64,000 nt of DNA from NCBI GenBank assembly GCA_965222225.1, contig CBDCTK010000002.1:4096001-4160000 (forward strand). Direction: 5' to 3'. The notes under the pieces were generated by a model. The model did no database searches. It saw nothing but the letters and a program-made list of their open reading frames with translations, and was not told the origin of the DNA. Position 1 is the stretch's first letter. Each line of letters begins with the position of its first letter. The stretch comes from Candidatus Poribacteria bacterium. Its GTDB lineage: Bacteria; Poribacteria; WGA-4E; JAJDTR01. Below are positions 1 through 10,040 of the stretch, piece after piece. A program made the position numbers and the translations under genes.

Positions 1-520
1 TCTCAAAATCGGCGAGCAAGCGAATATAGGCCTGCGATATCTTGTGATTGCCATGATGCTGGCAGCAGTTGTGGCAATTCCAGTTTCCTTTTGGATTCTG
101 TTGCATTATTCTTACGAAGGCGGGGCGCCTTTTGCGTTCAGCGGCAGGGAAGGCTTCACAGCGATGTATAAAGGGTTGTCTCACCCATCAGGAACAAACT
201 ATCGTGCGGTTCTGACAATGGGGCTAGGGTTTGGTTTTACCTTGGCGCTGATGGCGATGCGCCACCGATTCCTCTGGTGGCCATTTCACCCGGCGGGCTA
301 TGCCTTCTCCATCAACTTTGGCACAGACTATATCTGGTTCTGCTTGGTGATCAGTTCCGCGGCAAAATGGGCAATCCTCAAATGTGGCGGGCTGAGAGCC
401 CATCGGAAAGCCATTCCATTCTTCCTGGGGCTAGTCCTCGGCGAATTTGTGGTGGGTAGTTTTTGGAGTGCGCTCGGCATCATTCTCCGCATCCCGCCCT
501 ATACCTTTTCAATTCACTAA
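1..520 (+). CDS. C-terminal part of a DUF6785/DUF6784-like polytopic membrane protein (putative transporter); gene begins before the window
   Basis: Multiple TM segments. Motifs RFLWWPFHPAGYA and PFFLGLVLGEFVVG match the C-terminus of the paralog at 22590..24557. Confidence 0.75.
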   Translation, partial: LKIGEQANIGLRYLVIAMMLAAVVAIPVSFWILLHYSYEGGAPFAFSGREGFTAMYKGLSHPSGTNYRAVLTMGLGFGFTLALMAMRHRFLWWPFHPAGYAFSINFGTDYIWFCLVISSAAKWAILKCGGLRAHRKAIPFFLGLVLGEFVVGSFWSALGIILRIPPYTFSIH

Positions 521-640
521 GAACCTGTTTGAAAATTCATTTCGGATACAGTCATTTGCCCTGAAACCAATCTTGATTATCAAATCAAGATGGGATCTTC
601 GTTTTCTCTCGAAAACTCAGTTTTTCGCTTGCACAATCCT

Positions 641-661
641 GTAGGGTGGGCATTGCCCACC
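641..661. repeat. GTAG-type REP-like hairpin
   Basis: GTAGGGTGGGCATTGCCCACC; near-identical copies at 58871..58891 and, inverted, at 31898..31918. Confidence 0.7.
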
Positions 662-737
662 AGCCTTTGCAAGCCCCGGAGGGGCGGAAGCTGTATAGAA
701 ACGCCGACACCTCAAGTCTTTAAAAGCCCCAGCGCGG

Positions 738-762
738 GATCAAACGAGTGAATAACGAATGC
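738..762 (+). repeat. Left part of the 35-bp GATC micro-element, followed by a GTAG hairpin repeat
   Basis: GATCAAACGAGTGAATAACGAATGC, preceded by the same AAGCCCCAGCGCGG flank as the copy at 34218. Confidence 0.6.
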
Positions 763-1069
763 CGTAGGTTGGGTTGAGTGATTAAATGCGAATCGCTATC
801 AAGCACAATGAGGTCCTGTTCTTCAATGAGGCAGACTTGAACCGAAATAGAACGAAACCCAACACCTCAATCCAACCCACGTGTTGATTATCAAGTTCGG
901 ATTCACTACACGTGGGAGTTTCCAGTTGTATTGAACCTCGAACGCCGTGTGAGTAATTTTTATGGCGTTGACGCCCTTCAACCTAACCTACATGGGACTG
1001 ATATAGCTACAAATTGTGGCAGACCCGCCCGAACGGTTACCCCTTATTCCTTCACAACCTACCGACATC

Positions 1070-1098
1070 TTGACATTGTCCCAAAGATTGAGTAGAAT
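1070..1098 (+). promoter_or_regulatory. Sigma70-type promoter pointing into IS1595 copy 1
   Basis: TTGACA-N17-TAGAAT. Confidence 0.55.
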
Positions 1099-1303
1099 CC
1101 CCAATGTTGGGAGTGTCCGCTGCAAAAAGCGCTGCCTCGCGACAAACTAACTTTCAATATTAGTCTACATTTATTATTAACTTTCGGAATTAGTAGCTTG
1201 TAGCTTTTAGACTGACGACAAACATAAAACTTGGTACCCTGTCGTAAATCTTTTCGTCACACGTAGATGTCCATAGTGACTATTCTTCTCGTAGGAGTTT
1301 GCT

Positions 1304-2158
1304 ATGGACATTTTGAATCTTATGAAAGAGTTTCCAAATCAAGAATCTTGTCTCAGATTTATAGAGGAAAAACGTTGGAAGGACGGTGTTTGCTGTATCC
1401 ACTGTGGCAGTGAAAAAGTTGGACGCAAGAACAAAAACGACATTACTACTGGTTGGAATTGCTACGATTGTGAATCTAGCTTTTCGGCTACAGCAGGAAC
1501 CATCTTCCATGGTACCAAGATACCTCTCCAGAAATGGTTTTTGGCTATCTCAATTCTTTCCAATGCCAAGAAAAGCATATCGAGTTGTCAGCTTGCTCGT
1601 GACTTGGACATGAATCAAAAGTCCGCTTGGTATATGGCAATGCGCCTCCGTGAGAAAATGAGTGATAGTGATGAATTGCTGAAAGGGATAGTTGAAGCGG
1701 ACGAAACCTATGTCGGCGGCAAACCCAGAGCAAAATCTAAGAGAGGTAGAGGCACAAATAAATCTCCCGTCATCGGCGTAGTCGAGAGAGGCGGTCGGGT
1801 GGTTGCTAAATTCATGAAGGTTCTATCTGGTGAAAATATCAGAGAATTCATCCTTAGCAATGTCTCACCCGATGAGTCTATTCTTATGACTGATGAATTT
1901 CGCTCTTACAATAGTCTGGACGAAGATATCGAAAGACATGTTATCCATCACCAAGAGAGATATGTTTCTGAGGACGGCGTAACTCACACCAACACCATCG
2001 AGTCGTTTTGGGCTTGTGTCAAGAGGTCATTCTACGGAACGCATCATCACTACAGCAAGAAGTGGCTGCCACTGTATATCATGGAGTCTTGCTGGAAATA
2101 TAATCGCAGAAAAGATGATGAGATTTTCATAAGATTTTTTGATGAATGCTTCACCTGA
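1304..2158 (+). CDS. IS1595-family DDE transposase
   Basis: N-terminal Zn ribbon (CIHC...CYDC), HTH region, catalytic motifs EADETY, MTDE, HTNTIES. Confidence 0.93.
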   Translation: MDILNLMKEFPNQESCLRFIEEKRWKDGVCCIHCGSEKVGRKNKNDITTGWNCYDCESSFSATAGTIFHGTKIPLQKWFLAISILSNAKKSISSCQLARDLDMNQKSAWYMAMRLREKMSDSDELLKGIVEADETYVGGKPRAKSKRGRGTNKSPVIGVVERGGRVVAKFMKVLSGENIREFILSNVSPDESILMTDEFRSYNSLDEDIERHVIHHQERYVSEDGVTHTNTIESFWACVKRSFYGTHHHYSKKWLPLYIMESCWKYNRRKDDEIFIRFFDECFT

Positions 2159-2176
2159 GCCACATGAATTGTTTGG

Positions 2177-2299
2177 CTATCGGTATATTCTGTCAACGAC
2201 AACATCATGGTGTGCTGAAAATCCCATAGTGTTGGAAATTAAAATCCCGCAGATAACCCGCAATGCTCCCGCGAGCATGTACAAACGCTTGGTCAACAT
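2177..2299 (-). CDS. Putative 40-aa passenger peptide inside IS1595
   Basis: ATG at 2299 with GGAGG 6 nt upstream; MLTKRLYMLAGALRVICGILISNTMGFSAHHDVVVDRIYR. Same ORF at 62262..62384. Confidence 0.3.
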   Translation of the reverse strand: MLTKRLYMLAGALRVICGILISNTMGFSAHHDVVVDRIYR

Positions 2300-2655
2300 G
2301 ATATGCCTCCATTTCTCTCTTATAGAGATGTATTTTAGTGTGAATCAAGATTCCGAACACTGTCTAAAATGATTGTACATTAAGAAGAGAAAAGCAAGCA
2401 AATCGACCAAAAAGCAGTTAACTACTAAGTCCCTATAAATTTGGAATTCCGCCGTGGATTGTAAGAGTATTTTGGGTGTTAATGATGTTTCCGTTGTCAG
2501 GAACCCCGATTATCGCATATGTTACTTTGTGAGCATTGATGCCTAAAGAGTATGAATTCCCAGAAAATTTCGATAGTCGAACCGACAGTCATTGACGCTA
2601 TCAATAGTTGTTGGAAACCGTGCCGTTTTTTTCCGTCAGTTAGACCTCGTGCTTG

Positions 2656-2850
2656 TTAGAGCATCCAATTCTTTAGATCTTTCCACAGCAGTGAACTCGG
2701 TCTGAGATATTCTCCTCCCAACTTTTCGTAAAATCGCCGATACGGATTTCTCGAATACATATTCACACCCATGCTATAGATCCCGTCTGTCCGAACCCAA
2801 TTCACCACCAGCTCAAACACATGATTGGTCGCAACTTTCTGCATGATACC
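2656..2850 (-). pseudogene. 3' remnant of a GNAT-like acetyltransferase
   Basis: NPYRRFYEKLGG resembles the GNAT C-terminal motif, and the segment resembles the end of the GNAT at 49229..49723. No N-terminal half. Confidence 0.4.
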
Positions 2851-4003
2851 CTCCCGTGTTGAAGAGCACAACTCGTTCCGATTTATCTACCTGTCCGGCT
2901 TCTACTAACTTCATCAGCCCTGCCACAGTCGCCGCGCCTTCGGGGCAGGCGAGGATACCCTCATTCGTCCCTAAGAGTTGCGCCGCATTCAGAATTTCTT
3001 CATCGGTGACGGAAACCGCCGAGCCGCCACTCTGCCGAATTGCGTCCAAGATTAGAAAGTCACCAACTGCCTGCGGCACACGCAATCCCGCCGCAATAGT
3101 ATGAGCGCCGATCCACGGATCCGCTTCCGCGTTACCCGCTTCCCACGCTTTGACAATTGGGGCACAGCCCCCAGCTTGCACCGAAATCATACGTGGACGT
3201 TTGTCATCAATCCAGCCAATCGCTTCCAATTCTTGGAATCCCTTCCACATCCCCACAATCCCGGTTCCTCCACCCGTCGGATAGATGACGGCGTCCGGGA
3301 GCTGCCAATCAAATTGCTCCGCAAGCTCAAGTCCCATGGTCTTTTTTCCTTCGACGCGGTACGGTTCTTTGAGCGTGGAGACATCAAACCAGTTTTCTTC
3401 TGCCTTCCGCTCCGCGACAATCTTGCCGGCATCTGTAATCAACCCGTCGACAAGCGTGACCGATGCCCCAGCCATACGGCAGGTATTTCGGTTGAACGCC
3501 GGGGTGTCTTGCGGCATGAAGATATTCGCTTCCATCCCGGCTCTTGCCGCGTAGATTGCCAAAGCCGTTGCCGCATTGCCGGCGGACGGAATAGCTAACT
3601 TCGTTAATCCAAGTTCCTTTGCTTTGGAAACAGCCATTGCCAGACCACGCGCCTTGAAACTACCGCCGGGAAGAGGCGATTCATCCTTGACCCAAAGTGC
3701 TTCTAACCCCAACAACTTGCCTAGACGCTGCGTCCTGATAAGCGGTGTCATTATTTCGCCAAGTGAAACCGTGTGAGCGGGGTCAATTAACGGGAGCAGT
3801 TCCGTGTACCGCCAAAACGAGGCAACACGCTCCAAGAGTGCAGACTTGCCCCATGCTTGGGCAATTTTATCTAAGTCGTAGCGTGCAAACAGCGGTTTTC
3901 CACAGGATGTGCACTGATTCTGTGGTTGTTCATGGTTGTAGGTTTGAGCACACTTACTGCATTCGAGGTGAGTCAAGTAATTCACGGGATTTTTCATTCG
4001 CAT
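2813..4003 (-). CDS. thrC: Threonine synthase (PLP fold II, N-terminal Zn ribbon); C-terminus atypical
   Basis: CSKC/CTSC ribbon, GSFKARG PLP lysine, SAGNA, EGKKT, PTGGGTG and PEGAA motifs. Confidence 0.85.
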   Translation of the reverse strand: MRMKNPVNYLTHLECSKCAQTYNHEQPQNQCTSCGKPLFARYDLDKIAQAWGKSALLERVASFWRYTELLPLIDPAHTVSLGEIMTPLIRTQRLGKLLGLEALWVKDESPLPGGSFKARGLAMAVSKAKELGLTKLAIPSAGNAATALAIYAARAGMEANIFMPQDTPAFNRNTCRMAGASVTLVDGLITDAGKIVAERKAEENWFDVSTLKEPYRVEGKKTMGLELAEQFDWQLPDAVIYPTGGGTGIVGMWKGFQELEAIGWIDDKRPRMISVQAGGCAPIVKAWEAGNAEADPWIGAHTIAAGLRVPQAVGDFLILDAIRQSGGSAVSVTDEEILNAAQLLGTNEGILACPEGAATVAGLMKLVEAGQVDKSERVVLFNTGGYHAESCDQSCV

Positions 4004-4360
4004 ATCTCACAGTGCTGCTATACTCGTGGTACCGTCGTCACTATACCCATGCCGCGCCATTGACACTGGAGGGAACAAGCTTAAAAGTTCTGTTTTTCTC
4101 AAGGCTCACACATGCCGATTATAACATACCAAGATCCAATTATCAATTTACCTAAAATCGAACCGACGAGCTGACACATCTTCAGTTTCTCAATCGCGTA
4201 GCGCTGGTCTTTCACCGTCACCGAGGATGCCGCGGACGAAGGCGGAGTTGCTCATATTCACAATGCTTTGAGGTCGTCGTGAATGTGAACACAATCCGTT
4301 GGCAATACGGTATCTCTGTAGGTATAATATAAATACGACTTACTCAGTAACAGGGGGCCG

Positions 4361-4395
4361 GATCTCTATCGTGCACCTTATTCACTCGCATAATC
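4361..4395 (-). repeat. 35-bp GATC micro-element
   Basis: GATCTCTATCGTGCACCTTATTCACTCGCATAATC, inside a hairpin remnant. Confidence 0.6.
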
Positions 4396-4585
4396 GCTCC
4401 TGCAAGGATTATAGCGCAGCAGCGGACAATAAACTGCCGTGCGGTGAACCTTTTATGTGTTCAACTGCGTAAGTCCTAATAAACAATCACGTCACTTGCC
4501 AGCCTTCGATTGATAACGCGGGTGATTTTGAAAGTTACTATAGGCTTGATGGCTGAACGCCGAAGATTATAAGGAGGGACGAGTT

Positions 4586-5719
4586 TTGAAGAGTATCTTC
4601 CTCAAGGACATGGCATACCGTCGGACACGAGTCGTGTTGACGGCAATCGGAATTACCGTCCTGATACTGCTGATTCTGTTCCTCGGTGGAATCATGAACG
4701 GGATGCGCATTCAAGCCACACAGTACGTCGAATCAACCGGCGCCGATATTTGGATTTCCGCTGAAGGTTCCGGAGGCGCATTTATCGGGTTTTCGATGCT
4801 GATTGAGGAGTACATGGCTTCGCTTAGCGTGGCTCCTGGTTTGGAACCACACTCGGCCTCCCCACTTGTTTTTGCGCAGGCGCGTCCTATCATTCGAGGT
4901 AAACCGAGCAAAGCGATTGTCGTTGGTTATCAGCCCGGGAAACTTGGGGGGCCGGCTCAGGTGCTCGAAGGAATAATGTTTTCCAAGAGCAAGTTCACCA
5001 ATTACAGCCCGGAGGCTACGCCAGATCTACACGTGGTTGTCGATGAGAAAATGGGGCTTGAAATCGGTGAGCGAATTGTTATTGGCGGTAAAGAACTCAA
5101 AGTCGTTGGTAAAGTCAAGAGCCTTATGTTTGTGCTGGATACCCCCCTACTATTCATGAACGTACGAACCGCCCAAAACGTGCTGCTTGGGAACTATCCT
5201 CGGGTGAATATGATGATTGCAAAGAGCGGAAAGGGGTTTACCCCGGAGCAAGTTGTTAAACAGTTTGAGTATTCCCCGTTGAAAATCGAAGTACGTACGC
5301 TTCAGCAGACAATCGGTGACATTATCGACTACTACGTTGTTAGCCCAATGAGAGCGGTTACATTTCTTCGCGTGATGCTCTGGTTGGCAGCGGGAATTCT
5401 CGTCGGGATGATTACGTATGTAACAACCCTCGAAAAAACACAGGAGATTGGTGTACTGAAAGCGATCGGAGCATCCAATATGTACGTGATGCAATTAATC
5501 CTCAAGCAGGTAGTTTTAATATCCATCGTCGGCGTTTTGTGCGGACTAATCTTGGCATTCATCTTCGCCGCGGCTGCTCCAATTTTTGTTTCAATCCATT
5601 TGCTTGAATCCATCATCGTAGCAGGGATCAGTTTTATAGTGTGTTGCTTTAGCGGGTATCTTGCGGCGCGAAAGGCGGTCACGGTTGACCCGATGCTCGC
5701 ATTCAGAGGCGAGATTTGA
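4586..5719 (+). CDS. ABC transporter permease, MacB/FtsX type
   Basis: N-terminal TM, periplasmic domain, EKTQEIGVLKAIGAS motif, three C-terminal TMs, VDPMLAFR end. Confidence 0.9.
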   Translation: MKSIFLKDMAYRRTRVVLTAIGITVLILLILFLGGIMNGMRIQATQYVESTGADIWISAEGSGGAFIGFSMLIEEYMASLSVAPGLEPHSASPLVFAQARPIIRGKPSKAIVVGYQPGKLGGPAQVLEGIMFSKSKFTNYSPEATPDLHVVVDEKMGLEIGERIVIGGKELKVVGKVKSLMFVLDTPLLFMNVRTAQNVLLGNYPRVNMMIAKSGKGFTPEQVVKQFEYSPLKIEVRTLQQTIGDIIDYYVVSPMRAVTFLRVMLWLAAGILVGMITYVTTLEKTQEIGVLKAIGASNMYVMQLILKQVVLISIVGVLCGLILAFIFAAAAPIFVSIHLLESIIVAGISFIVCCFSGYLAARKAVTVDPMLAFRGEI

Positions 5720-5732
5720 GGGGAGAATTCAG

Positions 5733-6407
5733 ATGGGAATTGTGGTCGAAGGAAAAGGTTTAACCAAACGCTTTGGCGAAGGCGAGGCGGGCGTGGTCGC
5801 TGTTGACAGTGTTGACATCACCATTCAAGAAAGCGAGTTGGTGATGTTGATGGGAGACAGTGGTTGCGGTAAAACGACCCTAATCAGCCTGCTAGGTTGC
5901 ATCCTCACCCCCAGCGAAGGCGAATTGTGGATTGATGGCAAACAGATTAACCATCCCGATCAGGACCTTTCCGTCATCCGACGAGAGAAAATTGGTTTCG
6001 TCTTTCAGCTCTTTCATCTCCTTCCATATTTGACCGCACTTGAGAACGTTATAGTCGCCATGGATCTTGCGGGCAAAAAGAGCGATCAAGCCGAGAATCG
6101 CGCCAAGGAGTTGCTGGCGCAGGTAGGATTGGGAGATCGTTTAGGGCACCGTCCCTCACAGCTTTCCGGAGGGGAAAAACAGCGTGTCTCTTTCGCGCGC
6201 GCACTCGCCAACAACCCGAAGATAGTTTTCGCCGATGAACCCACCGCTAATTTGGATAGCCGCCAAAGCGAAAACCTTATGGGCCTCGTCCGAGAGCTGA
6301 GACAAGAGCACCGTACAACAATTGCAATCGTCACACACCACGAAGGATTGAAAAAAGATGCCGACCGAATCGTCCAGATGAAAGACGGCCGGATTGTGTC
6401 GGAATAA
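5733..6407 (+). CDS. ABC transporter ATP-binding protein, LolD/MacB type
   Basis: Walker A GDSGCGKT, LSGGEKQR signature, FADEPT. Probable start is ATG 5733 after GGGGAG. Confidence 0.93.
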   Translation: MGIVVEGKGLTKRFGEGEAGVVAVDSVDITIQESELVMLMGDSGCGKTTLISLLGCILTPSEGELWIDGKQINHPDQDLSVIRREKIGFVFQLFHLLPYLTALENVIVAMDLAGKKSDQAENRAKELLAQVGLGDRLGHRPSQLSGGEKQRVSFARALANNPKIVFADEPTANLDSRQSENLMGLVRELRQEHRTTIAIVTHHEGLKKDADRIVQMKDGRIVSE

Positions 6408-6413
6408 AAGGAA

Positions 6414-7901
6414 TTGGAAACGAGTATCGGGGTCGCAGGAAACGCATACCTTAGACATGGACAAATATTGAAATGGAGAAACAGTGAATCGAGGCATCGT
6501 CACACGGCTTGGATGAGTATTTTGTTAATCCTTTTCACCTTACTCGTCCATGGACGAGCATTTGCTGAATTATACGAAGGTCCCCCGGATCTTGAGGAAT
6601 TGGCAATGGGGCAGGGAGGGCTAACCGGAGGTGGTTTGTCATTCATTGACGGCGATCCGTTCGTTCGTTTCCAAGTTCAGCCGGATATCGGAATCGGTAA
6701 GGTCGGATTTGGGCTGGGTTTCGTGCTGCTCTATAATCCGGATGCGCAGGAGGGAGAGGATCAGATACTTGCTGAAGATGCGGAAATGTGGGATAATCCC
6801 GGCACGATGCTGCGCGCCATTCGTTACATACGTTATGCGCAGCCACGCGACCCGTTCTATGCACGTCTCGGTGAATTGGGTTTCGTGACGATCGGGCATG
6901 GGTTAATCATGTCCGGGTATTCTAACTACGTCCGCCGCGGCATTAGAGCCAATCTCAGAACCGAATCACGTAGAATTGGAGCCGAATCGGTAATCAATGA
7001 CCTCGTAAATCCGAGGATATTTGGAGGTCGTTTATTCATCCGACCGCTACAGGGAATTAATACGGCATCAATGCTCGGCGGATTGGAACTCGGTGCGACT
7101 TACCTGACCGACATCACGCCGGATATCATTCCCGATGACGAGACACCCGGCAAAGAGAATACAATCGATGAAGTTCCATTGATAGCATTGAGCGTCGATG
7201 TTGGATTCCCTCTTATTGAGAACGAGCTGTTCCGGTTGGATTTATACGATGAGTTCGCGTTCCTCAACACGCAATCAAGCATCAAGGATTTAGCAGAATC
7301 TGAACCTCCGTCCGGGAACGCGATAGGGATCGGGTTGACATTCCCTAGTTCGCTCTTCAAAGTCGAGTACCGTACCTTTACCGCGGGTTTTATCCCGACG
7401 GTATTTGATTATTCCTACCAAGCTTCCGCCGTTGATTCCGTTCCCGTGTTCCTCGGACTAGGGCCAGACGTAGATAAAGGAAAGGCGAGGTACGGGTATT
7501 TCTCCATGTTTGCTTGGCAACCGATCCCGATGCTCCATATACTGGGGGCATTTGAGGACTACAATATCAGCTATCCGAAGTTGTACGCTGGTATTACTGA
7601 ATCCGGTATAGTTCAAAAAATATCGTTCCGGGCGTTCTATACCAAGCGAGACCTTGGTGAACCCGATATCGGATACCCCGACACCGAAGGCAGCGAGGAC
7701 CCAAGCCTCCTCAAAGATTTGTTCCACCTTGATGAAAAATCCGCACTAATTGTTCGCGTCGAATACGAGCTATATAAGCCCGTCGTAGTAGCAGTCGTCC
7801 GTGAGTTTCGTTTTCGTCAGAGGGAAGACGCGGATGGTTTGACCGATTTTGAAACCATCCAAAAAACCACAGTCGAAGTCGGTCTTAATCTTCAGTTTTG
7901 A
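6414..7901 (+). CDS. Secreted, probably outer-membrane beta-barrel protein (start may be near 6512)
   Basis: Signal-like segment MSILLILFTLLVHGRAFA, amphipathic strands, C-terminal VGLNLQF ending in Phe. Confidence 0.55.
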   Translation: METSIGVAGNAYLRHGQILKWRNSESRHRHTAWMSILLILFTLLVHGRAFAELYEGPPDLEELAMGQGGLTGGGLSFIDGDPFVRFQVQPDIGIGKVGFGLGFVLLYNPDAQEGEDQILAEDAEMWDNPGTMLRAIRYIRYAQPRDPFYARLGELGFVTIGHGLIMSGYSNYVRRGIRANLRTESRRIGAESVINDLVNPRIFGGRLFIRPLQGINTASMLGGLELGATYLTDITPDIIPDDETPGKENTIDEVPLIALSVDVGFPLIENELFRLDLYDEFAFLNTQSSIKDLAESEPPSGNAIGIGLTFPSSLFKVEYRTFTAGFIPTVFDYSYQASAVDSVPVFLGLGPDVDKGKARYGYFSMFAWQPIPMLHILGAFEDYNISYPKLYAGITESGIVQKISFRAFYTKRDLGEPDIGYPDTEGSEDPSLLKDLFHLDEKSALIVRVEYELYKPVVVAVVREFRFRQREDADGLTDFETIQKTTVEVGLNLQF

Positions 7902-8060
7902 AAAATTACGAGAAGTTCCAACCGTCTTAATGGTACAAGATAGTTAGGAGATTACTTGGGCATGAGACGGTGTGCACCTGTTCTGAATCCTCGGCCTCCG
8001 GGACTTTACCATCCACCTCGCAATCACTATCGTATCCGAGTCATGATATAAGGACCAACC

Positions 8061-9080
8061 TTGCTCACCTACATCTTTAAGCGCTTACTTTCGATGTTCC
8101 TTTCTCTTTTTGGTGTGTCGCTACTCGTGTTCTTCATGATTCACCTCATCCCCGGGGATGCAGCGCTTGCGATTTTGGGCGAGCGAGCAACGGAAGAGGC
8201 GTTGACGGAACTTCGGCAAGAGATGGGCCTTGATAAACCCCTTTACCACCAATATGGTGCATTCCTGTGGAATCTTGCCCATCTTGACCTAGGCAGATCG
8301 TTTAAGACGAGGCAGCCGGTCGTTGATGAAATTAAACGTTATTTTCCCGCTACGGTCGAATTGACAATGGCAGCCATGGCGTTTGCGATTCTGTTCGGAA
8401 TGGCTGCCGGAATCATTGCTGCCGCTAATCGCGGCAAATTCTGGGATTACGCCACGATGTTCGGCTCACTTGCCGGTGTCTCAATGCCGATTTTCTGGCT
8501 TGGATTGATGCTAATTCTCCTGTTCGCGTATACCTTTCCGATTCTCCCAAGCTCGCAACGACTGGACGCGGTTTTAGATCTTGGTGTTCAGCACCGGACC
8601 CACTTCTACTTGATTGATACACTCCTCTCCGGAAATTTAACCGCGTTTCGCAGCGCGCTTTCGCACCTTATACTACCCGCCATCACACTTGGCACCGTAC
8701 CACTTGCGATTATCGCACGCATGACGCGGTCGAGCCTGCTTGAGGTGCTAAACCAACCGTATATCATGACTGCCCGTGCAAAGGGACTTCCCGAGCGGGT
8801 CGTTGTTCTCAAACATGCATTAAAAAATAGTATGATTTCTGTGTTGACAATTATCGGTCTACAGTTTGGATATCTGATGAGCGGCGCCATTCTAACAGAA
8901 CATATCTTTTCATGGCCCGGTCTAGGATCATGGTTGCGAGCTTCTGTGGAAGCCCGCGATATTCGTCCCATTCAGGGAGGCGTACTCTTTGTGGCTGCCG
9001 TGTTTATGACCGTGAACTTGGTAGTAGACCTGCTCTACGTCTACTTTGACCCGCGAATCAGGGTGGGAGAAAACGCGTGA
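8061..9080 (+). CDS. dppB: Peptide/nickel ABC permease, DppB-like
   Basis: LIPGDAA, GLDKPLYHQY, EAA-loop YIMTARAKGL, DPRIR end. Confidence 0.88.
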   Translation: MLTYIFKRLLSMFLSLFGVSLLVFFMIHLIPGDAALAILGERATEEALTELRQEMGLDKPLYHQYGAFLWNLAHLDLGRSFKTRQPVVDEIKRYFPATVELTMAAMAFAILFGMAAGIIAAANRGKFWDYATMFGSLAGVSMPIFWLGLMLILLFAYTFPILPSSQRLDAVLDLGVQHRTHFYLIDTLLSGNLTAFRSALSHLILPAITLGTVPLAIIARMTRSSLLEVLNQPYIMTARAKGLPERVVVLKHALKNSMISVLTIIGLQFGYLMSGAILTEHIFSWPGLGSWLRASVEARDIRPIQGGVLFVAAVFMTVNLVVDLLYVYFDPRIRVGENA

Positions 9081-9919
9081 GCAATCGTGGTCGACGGATG
9101 ATAATAAGGTTGGTGAACCACAAATCGGCGGTGGCAGGAGCTTCCATACTACTCTTTTTCGTGATAATAGCAATTTTTGCTCCACTAATTGCCACACACG
9201 ATCCTCGCGAAGCCGATGTAACGACACGCCTTGCAGGCTGGTCTACGGATCACTACTTCGGAACAGATGGCGTTGGGAGAGATATATTTAGCCGCATAAT
9301 TTATGGATCCCAAATTTCGTTGAAAATCGGTTTGGTTGCCATGACGCTGTCTATCTCCGTCGGCGCGATGTTGGGAATTCTTGCGGGCTATTACGGTGGT
9401 TGGCTCGACAACGCCATCATGCGTGTGATGGATATGATGCTTCCACTGCCGAGCATCCTGCTGGCGATGGTAATCGTAGCAATTCTGGGCACAAGTCTCA
9501 CCAATGCGATAATCGCTGTTTCGATTGTGTATATTCCCCAGTACGCACGCATTTTACGCGCCTCCGTCCTCAAAATTCGCGAACAGGATTATGTAACTGC
9601 GGCACGGGTGGTCGGCGCGAGTGACTTTCGAATCCTATGGAACGCAATCCTACCCAACTGCGTAGCACCACTGATTGTCCAATCAACGCTCGGAATGGGT
9701 GAGGCAATTCTTGTCGCGGCTGGACTCAGCTTTTTGGGTCTCGGCGCTGAAGTCGGTGAACCCGAATGGGGGGCAATGTTGAATGAAAATCGCCAACTCA
9801 TCCGCCGTGCCCCTTGGACGGTGATGACACCGGGTATTGCCATATTCCTCACTGTTTTGGGGTTTAATTTACTCGGTGATGCCTTACGCGATGTTCTCGA
9901 CCCCCAGCTTAAGACATAA
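9077..9919 (+). CDS. dppC: Peptide/nickel ABC permease, DppC-like
   Basis: HYFGTDGVGRDIFSR, DYVTAARVVGAS, PEWGAML, GDALRDVLDP. GTGA overlap with dppB. Confidence 0.88.
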   Translation: MSNRGRRMIIRLVNHKSAVAGASILLFFVIIAIFAPLIATHDPREADVTTRLAGWSTDHYFGTDGVGRDIFSRIIYGSQISLKIGLVAMTLSISVGAMLGILAGYYGGWLDNAIMRVMDMMLPLPSILLAMVIVAILGTSLTNAIIAVSIVYIPQYARILRASVLKIREQDYVTAARVVGASDFRILWNAILPNCVAPLIVQSTLGMGEAILVAAGLSFLGLGAEVGEPEWGAMLNENRQLIRRAPWTVMTPGIAIFLTVLGFNLLGDALRDVLDPQLKT

Positions 9920-10040
9920 GGCGAAACAAAGTGGTTTTTATCCGAATGATTGATGAATCGCGCCACTATGAACAGACGCGCGTAATTCCCAATTGAAACT
10001 GGATGAAACGAGAGGGTTAAGAAATGGATAATTTGTACGG

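Larger units (their letters stand above)
1185..2433 (+). mobile_element. IS1595-family insertion sequence, copy 1 (1249 bp), no target-site duplication
   Basis: Appears identical to 61270..62518. Imperfect terminal IRs CGGAATTAGTAGCTTGTAGCTTTT / GGGACTTAGTAGTTAACTGCTTTT. Flanks TTAACTTT and TATAAATT do not match. Confidence 0.92.

Noticed and set aside
2139-2372. 77-aa plus-strand ORF after the transposase (also 62224..62457)
   Set aside because: No RBS or recognisable motif; overlaps a better-supported antisense ORF.
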